Source: Octopus vulgaris (Eukaryota). From it: a DNA stretch of 64,000 bases. Of this stretch, positions 54,308 to 64,000 are shown in pieces (position 1 is the first letter of the stretch; the number at the start of each line of letters is the position of its first letter). Position numbers and translations under genes: made by a program. The notes under the pieces are model-generated. The model had not been told where the DNA came from. It did no database searches and saw nothing but the letters and a program-made list of their open reading frames with translations. The stretch is taken from contig OX597825.1 of the NCBI GenBank assembly GCA_951406725.2, positions 13,888,001 through 13,952,000 of the forward strand, in the 5' to 3' direction.

Positions 54308-54352
54308 ATCCGCGTAAAGGAAATGATAAACCCAGTGTAAACAGAAAGCGTG
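54308..54352 (+). CDS. 45-nt coding microexon of the same Ig gene (stalk with basic KR motif)
   Basis: Branch-like GGCTAAT at 54276-54282, polypyrimidine tract ending ctttcAG (54306-54307), donor G|GTAAGC (54353). Phase 1-1. Joined to 25003 it reads ...VHVLN-DPRKGNDKPSVNRKR(G) with no stop. Confidence 0.8.
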
Positions 54353-54782
54353 GTAAGCCAACATTTTCTTGCTCAAGCTTTCAATTTCCATGGTTGTGTG
54401 TACGAGTATTTTGAATTTATAACAATAAAGGAAACGTTGATTTTTTTTTCCCCCTAACTTACACTTATTTGTGGCAAATCTTAGTGCAACATAGATATAT
54501 TTTTATGATTGCCCTCCATAAGTATTTATCTATCAATTTTTATATATGTATGCAAACAGACAAGCATAATTGCATATATATAGAAAGAAATAGATAAATA
54601 AATAGATAGATATATTTACATGTATGTATATACACATGCAAATATATTAAGCATTTTTTCCCCCCTTATGTCAGCAAATTTGTGTTCATAATATTGTGAA
54701 AATGTATGTAGAGATATTTTTTTTATTACATTGTTAAATGAATTCTCCTTTTACTTGTGACCAAATATCATTTTATCATTTA

Positions 54783-54823
<41 letters not shown>

Positions 54824-55298
54824 GATACCTGCATGCTTTACAGATACGATTTTCTTTTCTGTTTTTTTTTTTTTTTTCGTTTTTTTTAAAAAATATATTT
54901 GCTTTTTGTCTTACACTCTCTGTTGCATTTTTAGTTATTCTTGCTCGTAGACTGTTAGTAATTTTTTCTTTTATTTCGGTAAATTTTCTTAGTAAAATGT
55001 TTTTGGTGAAATCTCGCTGCTTGAATGTCAATACTTACTACAATATAGCAGCACTTGATACTGTCAATCATTTTCATGTGTTAATGTCAGCATGTATTAA
55101 TTTTCTTTTTGTTTACAGTTATTGCCAAACAAACTTTCTTATATATATCTTCGATTTCATGCTGAGTATATTTTCATGTTTCACTTTCTCAGCATTTAAT
55201 TTCTTATACTTCTCGTCTTTATTTTACTATTTTAACTATTTTACTACACGTTTTATGTTTATCATTGTGAAGAAATTGTGAATTCATATATGTATATG

Positions 55299-55381
<83 letters not shown>

Positions 55382-55396
55382 TTATATATATAAACA

Positions 55397-55441
<45 letters not shown>

Positions 55442-55571
55442 ATAAACATATATTATATATATATATATATATATGTATTTATATACATGCATATATGTAA
55501 ATATATGCATATGTTTGTATATACATACATACATATGCATATATATATATATATATACATGTATATATGTA

Positions 55572-55610
<39 letters not shown>

Positions 55611-56101
55611 CCTATATACATATATATATATATATGTATATGCATATATATGTCTACATATATTTATATGTATATATGTATGTAGGTACACACATATACA
55701 CGTATGTATATGTGTGTATATACATATATATATGTATGTATATATATGTGTGTGTACATACATATATGTATATATATAGATGTATATATTTATAAATCAA
55801 TGCAATTTATCTTGGTTGTTCTAAATAAATTTTATTTGTAGACTATTTTTTTGTTTTATTGTCATGAAAACTGTGATAGAAACATGAAATTCCTTTCAGG
55901 AATTAATCTGTTCATAATATTTGCACACACACAGACACACACACAAACACGCACACACACGAACATACACACACATTCATGCATGAACCCATGTTAAAAA
56001 ACTCTACATGCATAAACTTATATATGTATATAAGTTTATGTATTTCTGCACTCTTTTAATGACACACTTATGTGTACTTTGGTAAATGTGTGTGTATCTG
56101 C

Positions 56102-56142
<41 letters not shown>

Positions 56143-56180
56143 GATACACATTTATATATATATATGCAGATACAAATTTA

Positions 56181-56224
<44 letters not shown>

Positions 56225-56835
56225 TATACACACACACACAATCATTATTGCTTCACGCACCATAGTTATATGCAAATAACATTATATAGATGTGTATATA
56301 CACAGTTTCTTGTGTTTATACTCATAGAAACACAGATTCCCATATACATAAATGCTTGTGTGTGTATATACTCGTATATCTATGTATATGCACACACGCA
56401 CACACACACACACACACACACGTACACACACACACACATACATGTACCCACACATGCACACACATACGTGTACTCACACATGCACACACACACACATGGA
56501 CATTTTGTTTTATGCAGTTTTCCAATGCAGACATTTTAAACCTGTTAGCTCGCTGACTGATGTTAAAAGCATCCAACATGGTTATGAGTAATTAGCTATG
56601 CAATTTCACATGTTGTTTCACTTGATAAGCTACAATCTAAATCAAAGCTGTGACTAATATTATCGTTAACATTAAGGAAATTACCTTGACCAGATTCAAT
56701 CAATAGTCTATGTAGTTCTTAGTTGGTGCATTTCTAATAGATAGCTTGTCATCACTTGTTTAATCAACTATCTGTTATCATAGTTATTTGCTCTCATCTG
56801 CAGTAATATGCCGCAGAAGAAATTTTAAAAGTGCT

Positions 56836-57252
56836 GAATCTTTTCGGTTTGAACGGCAGTTTTTAACATAATTTCTAGGTAACTAAAAAATTTTAAACTT
56901 CGTATACTGGTAGAATGTGTTTATAAAACATCTTTTTCTTTTGGCTTTATTGAGAAAATTCTATAGTTTGTAAGATATTTGTGGTTGTTTTTTTCTTCAA
57001 TTTCTGCAATTTCAACCAATCAATGACGTCTATTGAGGTAAAAGAAAAAAACATTCTGTGCCGTATGAATATGTCCCTCATTTAAGAAACAGATTGGGTT
57101 TATTTACATTTGTGAAGAAAAAAAGGTACCATTCCCCCACCCCTAACCCTAAAAGAGATTGAAATGCAATAGATCGATTCTAGGGTCATAATTATGGGTG
57201 ACAATTTCATATGACACCGCTAGAAAAACTGCCGTTCAAACCGAAAAGATCC
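56836..57252. mobile_element. MITE with perfect 27-bp TIR core and 8-bp TSD
   Basis: ATCTTTTCGGTTTGAACGGCAGTTTTT (56838-56864) has its exact reverse complement at 57224-57250. Flanks are AAAGTGCT / AAAGTTCT (7/8). Confidence 0.88.
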
Positions 57253-58589
57253 AAAGTTCTCGCTCTAAAACCTTACAGAAGGAGTTTCAAATACATAAAA
57301 GTAAAGAAACAAATATAAAAAAAAAACTTATAAAATATAAAGAAAATTTAAATTTAAGTTAAAAAGAAAAACTACAGGGCGATAGGATATAGACGTGCCA
57401 TCGTGTTTAATTTTTACGAATGTGTTAAGTTCTATAGTAATATGTTTCGGAATGCTCATAGTAAGATTAACACGGCTGCTTTAGCATTTTGGAGTTGAGC
57501 CAAAGGTATTAATGTGAAATAAGCAAAGAATAAAAATGTTCATTTTTTTTGTCAAGAAATATTTATGGATTGTATATAGTCATTTTATATTATTGTATTT
57601 CTCTCAAAAATATTGCATCACATTCTTATCAGTTGCTATGTCATGCCATAAGCCGCAGACAGTTTTCTGTTCAAATATTAGAATTTCCATTGTATTGCTT
57701 CAGATAAATCTTCCAGAGTAAAAGTAGATATGAACTGTATTCATCGAATATAAGACAATTTTTTCTCTCATATAAAAAAAGTAAAATGTCTAAAAAAAAA
57801 AATCGTCTTGGGACCTGTATTTCAAGATGGGTTTATATCACATAATTTAATGCATTAAATACTGTTTCTCCTGAGTATGTGCTGTGAAAATTGATAGGTG
57901 TCTAATTACATGTATGTGTCTTTTATGCCACCAAATACAGTTGACGTGTCAGGTAAAATGGACAACAGTTGAATCCATTTAGAGATGTATGTAGGTAGAT
58001 GTGAATGTGTGTGTGTATATATATGTATGTGTGTGTGTATATATGTATGTGTGTATATATATATGTATGTGTGTGTGTGCATGTATATGTATGTGTGTGC
58101 ATATATATATATATACACACAAACACATACACACATATATATATATATGTGTCTGTAGATAGGTACATATATCTATGTATGAATCTAGGTTTTAATATAT
58201 TTAATCTACTTGCTTGATGAATGACCCATGTATCATATATATATCATGTCAATTAGCTTCATATGCTGAGGTCTAGTGAATATGTTTCAGATGAAAGACC
58301 AGTAATAAGTTGGTGTGTGTGTGTGTGCACATGAGCACACACAGACATACACATACAAACACACAGAGTTATATAGTAAAATATTTCTTTACCTTCACCC
58401 ATTTAATACAATGAGTAAGTTTATTGCATTGCAATTAAAAACACTTGTGTATTAATAATTGGGTATTATACCAACAGTATATTGGATAAGTGTTATCCCT
58501 TAGTGGGTTTGATCCACAACCCCTAAATTACTTGGTGTTTCTCTCCTTTTTTTCTCTCCTTGTTTCTCTCCTCCTTTTTTTCTGTGTCC

Positions 58590-58625
58590 CTTTCTGTATA
58601 AGAGCATAGGCTCGAAACGTAAAAG
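58590..58625 (+). ncRNA. Degenerate minimal hammerhead-like motif (family B relative)
   Basis: CUUU CUGUAUA A GAGC AUAG GCUC GAAA CG UA AAAG. The stems are perfect but core positions 6 and 8 deviate. Confidence 0.45.
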
Positions 58626-59260
58626 ACGTTTTCTATTCCTGAGTGTTATACTAATACATCTGTTTGTTTTGTACACCACCTGTCTTCGTTTTTTGTTTTT
58701 TTCGTAAACTCTCCTATATATATATATATATACATTCATGTCTGTTAATGTGTGTATACATATATATATATATGTGTACATATATGTATATCTGTATAAT
58801 GTTTATACACACACACATATATATATATATGTATGTGTGTGTGTGTGTATATGTTATCATCATTATTTAACATCTGTGAGGCTGCATGATAGTGAAGCAA
58901 GGTCCCTGAATGTGGAGAGTGGATGAAAATTAGTGAGAAAGAAAGCAAGCATTATCTATTTCAGGATGTATAATTATTGTATTTATGAATGATATTGTAC
59001 AGGCAAGATGTGAGATAAAGTAGGTACAGCTTGGCACCAGTGATGCTGCAACTCATTTCTACAGCTGAGTGACCTGTATCAGCAGTTGCCTTTCCCTTGG
59101 ATTACACTGGTGACATGGAGAGAGGATGCCGTTATGCATGGGTGACTGCTGGTCTTCCATAAACAACCTTGCTCGGACTTGTGCCAGGGAGGGTAACTTT
59201 CTAAGGTGCAATCCCATGGTCAGTCATGACTGACGGGGGTCTCAATATATACTATATCTT

Positions 59261-59649
59261 TGTAGCGGTATCTGATATCCTCACTGTTTGAGAGACACAA
59301 CAGGAATGATCTCGTTTGAGATTACAGCCATCTTTGGCTGGGTTGTTCTTGTTGCGTCCACTGATCTGATTGGTTGACATGTGGTGCAGTTTGTCTCTAC
59401 TTATTTCGTGCCACTAAGCCAACCAATCACGGCCTTTGGTTAAGGTCACATGACACTGTTTTTCCTAGGCTCTGTTTGAGCCATTTCTCTTCTATATAAA
59501 GGGCTTGCTTTCAGTATACAGGGTCTTTGACTCTAGACCTTTTAAGGTCCAGTCTAGTCACTGACCAGCATCGTACTCAACCATATTCCAGTTTCCAACG
59601 ACAGGAGACCTATGTCACCAACCTCCTCACATGCGGTCATATTCCTACA
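59261..59649 (+). mobile_element. Solo LTR (389 bp), probably Gypsy-type
   Basis: TGTAG...CTACA termini and a 4-bp TSD TCTT (59257-59260, 59650-59653). ATTGG at 59369, CCAAT at 59423, TATATAAA at 59493. The empty site is seen at ~60146-60166. Confidence 0.88.
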
Positions 59650-59775
59650 TCTTCATACTGAATGTATGCTTGTGCATGTAGGGGAATAATTTAATAATTT
59701 GCATTTCAAGCTGTGATGAGTCTATTTTTCTAGAACATAATACATAATAGAGGCAACATATACTATATTTTCATA

Positions 59776-60120
59776 TAGGCAAATGGCTCAGTGGTTAGAG
59801 TGTTGAGCTTATGATCATGAGGTTGTGAGTTCGAATCCCGGACCGGGCTGTGTGTTGTGTTCTTGAGCAAGACACTTTATTTCACGTTGCTCCAGTTCAC
59901 TCAGCTGTAGAAATGAGTTGCGACGTCACAAGTGCCAAGCTGTATCGGCCCCTTTGCCTTTCCCTTGGATGACATCGGTGGCGTGAAGAGGGTGGGAGGC
60001 TGGTATGCATGGGCGACTGTTGGTCTTCCATGAACAACCTTGCCCAGACTTGTGCCTGGGAGGGTAACTCTCTAGGTGCAATCCCATGGTCAATCGTGAC
60101 TGAAGGGGGTCTTTACCCTT
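59776..60120 (+). mobile_element. Full-length CORE-like tRNA SINE
   Basis: GGCAAATGGCTCAGTGGTTAGAG...GAGTTCGAATCCC, then TGTGTTCTTGAGCAAGACACTTT. Confidence 0.8.
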
Positions 60121-60590
60121 TATATATATATATATATATATATACACTATATCTTCATACTGAATGTGTGTGCATGTAGGGGATAATTCAATGATTTGCA
60201 TTTCAAGCTGTGATGAGTCTATTTTTCTATGACATCAATAGACTCAGTAACCAACTGGATCCATAAGGACAGGATGAATATAACTGTAATGATCCGAGAA
60301 TAAGTTAAGGTACAAAGAAATGTAGAGATTCTTGTTTAATTTTGCTTCCATTTCTACATCTGCTTAGATTGCAGCAATGTGGAATATCATTTAGATATCA
60401 TAGGCTTAATGTCTCTAACTGAAGCTGAGAAAGTTCTTTGCAGCGTGATGCTGCTGTAAACATATTCCTTTTTCCATATTTTCCAACTTTGTTTGAACTC
60501 TCTTCATGAAGAAGATTTCAAACTTTGACCACCCTAATCTCATTCGTTCACGTTACAAGAATAATGACTCCAAATTGATAACTTAAACCT

Positions 60591-60719
60591 TTCTTCTTCT
60601 TCTTCTTCTTCTTCTTCTTCTTCTTCTTCTTCTTCTTCTTCTTCTTCTTCTTCTTCTTCTTCTTCTTCTTCTTCTTCTTCTTCTTCTTCTTCTTCTTCTT
60701 CTTCTTCTTCTTCTTCTTC
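60591..60719. repeat. Pure (TTC)43 microsatellite
   Basis: 129 uninterrupted nt. Confidence 0.95.
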
Positions 60720-61329
60720 AGCATTAAAGCTAACAAATCCTTATAAGATGCTTCTGGTTTAGCTGATGTTGAATTTGTCATTTCCTGACATCCAAAATGG
60801 GAACATGATCTGGTGATTTCATACTGGTTAAATACTACACTGGCAAAGCTGGTTATAACATTGATTTCAGCCTTTCATTCTAATAGGTTAGAGAGTATAA
60901 GTATTATTAATCAATAAATTCATGTGAAATACTTCCCCTGATATTCCATAGATGAGGAAGAAAACACAGCATGGAATCTATTATTCACCATGGTATCAGC
61001 TGTTGCTATGCGTGATATACAGGAGTAGGACAATGGTCCTTAACCCTCTCGGAAAAGTAATAAGGTTTTTAGATATTGGAAGACTAATTTTTTTTTGACC
61101 CAGATTTTGTATGTATTTAGGAAAAAGGGAGAATAGGGTTCCCTCTGGTGGAATTTGAAGACAGGCTGTAAACAGACAAAACTGAATATTGCAAGGTATT
61201 TTGTCCAATATTCGTCTGATTCTGCCATCCACAGCAACGAAGGAATGCTGCTGTTGCTGCTGCTACTACTACAACTACTACTACCACTACTCTTAATAAT
61301 AATAATAACAATGATAATAATAATAATAA

Positions 61330-61363
<34 letters not shown>

Positions 61364-61413
61364 TGTAGTAGTAGTAGTAGTAGTAGTAGTAATAATAATA
61401 TTAATAATAATAA

Positions 61414-61444
<31 letters not shown>

Positions 61445-61475
61445 AATAAAAATAATAATAATATCATTATTATAT

Positions 61476-61805
61476 CTGGCACCTGTGTCGGTGACACATA
61501 AGAAAACACCATCCGAGCGTGGCCGTCTGCCAGCCTCGTCTGGCACCTGTGTCGGTGGCACATAAAAAACACCATCCGAGCGTGGCCGTCTGCCAGCCTC
61601 GTCTGGCACCTGTGTCGGTGGCACATAAAATCACCCACTACACTCTCGGAGTGGTTGGCGTTAGGAAGGGCATCCAGCTGTAGAAACACTGCCACATCTG
61701 ACTGGCCTGGTGCAGCCTTCGGGCTTCCCAGACCCCAGTTGAACCGTCCAACCCATGCTAGCATGGAAAGCGGACGTTAAACGATGATGATGATGATGAT
61801 GATGA
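61476..61805 (+). mobile_element. S3 element with near-identical ~62-bp tandem subrepeats
   Basis: TCTGGCACCTGTGTCGGTG occurs three times, followed by an S3 3' end and (GAT)n. Confidence 0.85.
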
Positions 61806-62205
61806 TCATCATCAGTACGAGGCAGCAGAAAGCCGGGTATGTGCCAGCCATGTAGGGTCGATCATGCACGGGGAAGTGTTGGGCTACCCGCTGGCAGAAA
61901 TGGGTGACGAGAATATCCCTTCCAGACACTCACCTCTTACAATCAGCGACAACCCTACATAATAATAGTAATCCTTTCTGCAATAGGCACAAGGCCTGAA
62001 ATTTGGATGAGGGGATTAGTCAATTACATTGACTCCAGTTCTGAAATGTGTCCACAACAAGCAAAATGAGGATGCATATCCGTCCCATGTAAATAATGTA
62101 CAGAATTCCTCATCTCTAAAATATGGTATTATAAACTTAGATATTTGTGGTTTCCTGTTTGATTCTTGTACGGAATCAAAGCCAAATCCTTGGATTAATA
62201 TAACA

Positions 62206-62448
62206 TAGTGGTTCCCAAAGTGGGTGGTATTGCACCTCTGGGGGTGATGGAAAATTTCCGAGTGGGGGCGTTGAAGAAAAGTGGGACGAATATGGGATAG
62301 TAATTCATGTAAAAACAACAAAATAAACAACAAAATAATGGGTTTGTTGGGTTAAGTTTTATTTGTGAAATACAGTTTGGGTGGAGGTGCTAGGAATGTG
62401 GCCTGGGTGTCAAGGGGACGGCAGCCTGAAAAAGTTTGGGAACCATTA
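62206..62448. mobile_element. hAT (Charlie-like) MITE
   Basis: TIRs TAGTGGTTCCCAAA / TTTGGGAACCATTA. 8-bp TSD ATATAACA / ATCTAACA (7/8). Confidence 0.82.
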
Positions 62449-62564
62449 ATCTAACAGAAGAGTCTATGAGTTGAGCTAAAATTATCTTTCTATATCAGTC
62501 TTTCTCCCTTTTAGTATTTTTTTAGTTTCTATGTTTAGCAGGATCAGTATATTTACGTGTTTAT

Positions 62565-62967
62565 ATCCCACAAGGGGGCTACACATAGAGGGAACAAACA
62601 AGGAGAGAGAAAGGGATTAAGTCGAATACATTGACTCCAGTGCATAACTGGTAATTATTTAATCGACCCCAAAATGATGAAAGGTAAAGTCGGCCTCGGC
62701 AAAATTTGAACTCAGAACGTAACGGAAGACAAAATACCTATTTCTTTACTATCCAGAAGGGGCTAAACACAGAGAGGACAAACAAGGACATACAAACAGA
62801 TTAAGTTGATTATATCGACCCCAGTGCATAACTGGTACATATTTAATCAACCCTGAAAGGATGAAATGCAAAGTCGACCTCAGCGGAATTTGAACTCAGA
62901 ACGTAACGGCATACGAAATACGGCTAAGTATTTCACCCGGCGTGCTAACGTTTCTGCCAGCTCGCTG
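62565..62967 (-). mobile_element. Two tandem Deu/Nin-domain SINEs
   Basis: Two reverse-complement copies of the 9727 family. Confidence 0.78.
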
Positions 62968-63660
62968 ACTTTTTCATGAACATATCTTTAACTATTGCTC
63001 TCAAACACCAACTCCACCACAACTACCACCACCACCACCACCACCACTACCAGCTCCATCATTGTCATTTTTGTTGAGATCATTGCTTTAAGCTTCCTAA
63101 GTTAGAATAGTTAAAAGGTGGAAAAAAAAAAGTGCCCCAGAGAACATGTGACCCCTTGAACTCTGCTACTGACTATTACTTTCTACATTGTTAGACTTCT
63201 TCTGGCCTGGTTACTTGGTTAGAAAATTAGACAAGAGAAGAGACGAAGCAATGCAGAGAAAAATAGAGGGAACAAGAGAATGTGCATGTTTGTATGTATG
63301 CGTGTGTGTGTGTGTGTGTGTTTGAATGTCATCATCATCACCATCATCGTCATCATCTTAATGTCCCCATTTCTAGGACTAGGAAATGAATAGCACTGCT
63401 TTTATGATGTGAGAGTTGCTTAAAGCTATGAAATAATGTCAAGATAAGGAGAGACAAACAATACGTATAGGCACACATGTGACTGTGTGGTAGAAAAGCT
63501 TGTTTCCCAACCACACGGCACTGGGTTCAGTCCTACAGTGTGGCACCTTGGGCAAGTGTCTTCTATATTTATAGGCCAACCTATGTCCTGTGATTGGATT
63601 TGATAGACAGAAACTGAAAGAAGTCCACCATATATAAATATATATATATATATAATTAAA

Positions 63661-63908
63661 ATCACAATAAGGGTGAAAAAAATTGAATATTAATTAATAA
63701 CACCAATTTAAAAACACCAAGTGGCCTAGCATAAAAAAACTGGGATACAGTAAAAATTATTAATACGAGTAATATTAATTAAATTATTAATACAAGTAAT
63801 ATGTATTAATAATTTTTACTGTATCCCAGTTTTTTTATGCTAGGCCACTTGGTGTTTTTAAATTGATGTTATTAATTAATATTCAATTTTTTTCACCCTT
63901 ATTGTGAT
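63661..63908. repeat. Near-perfect long inverted repeat (106-bp arms, 36-nt spacer)
   Basis: 63661-63766 versus 63803-63908: 105/106 complementary. Confidence 0.95.
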
Positions 63909-63924
63909 CTTATTACTTATTACT

Positions 63925-63982
<58 letters not shown>

Positions 63983-64000
63983 GAAGCATTGGTTATAGAA

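Noticed and set aside
54757-55281. 174-aa hydrophobic ORF as a transmembrane exon
   Set aside because: It is T-rich low-complexity intron sequence beginning in an ATT microsatellite, with no convincing phase-compatible splice sites.
59776-59850. tRNA genes (also at 34836 and 41140-41200)
   Set aside because: A and B boxes are present, but there is no full cloverleaf and each continues into a repeated body. These are retroelement heads.
60548-60781. Poly-lysine ORF
   Set aside because: It is the translation of the (GAA)n microsatellite.
61040-61764. 194-aa and 215-aa ORFs
   Set aside because: They consist of S3 SINE sequence plus TAA/TAG microsatellites.

Overview
This is a 64-kb stretch of very AT-rich, microsatellite- and SINE-saturated eukaryotic DNA. 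The repeat families look like those of an Octopus (coleoid cephalopod) genome; that assignment is from recognition, not a database search. Almost the whole window appears to be intronic sequence of one + strand cell-surface Ig-superfamily gene (ZIG-8/Dpr-like). It has a clean phase 1-1 Ig-domain exon at 24713-25003 and an in-frame 45-nt microexon at 54308-54352. Nearly all ORFs in the supplied track are microsatellite or SINE artefacts. The mobile DNA includes: RTE and Dong/R4 LINE 3' ends, a deleted mariner, hAT and other TIR MITEs, a Helitron end, and a solo LTR whose empty site is preserved in a nearby duplicate. The least expected signal is 11 minimal hammerhead-ribozyme motifs in four unrelated repeat families. 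They show compensatory stem changes, palindromic stem III and Penelope-style inverted ends. One family couples the ribozyme to a tRNA-like Pol III promoter. Other notable structures: a 106-bp near-perfect hairpin, a ~175-bp apparent target-site duplication, a template-switch hairpin in the mariner YSPD motif, and a palindromic 24-nt array behind a phase-compatible splice acceptor.
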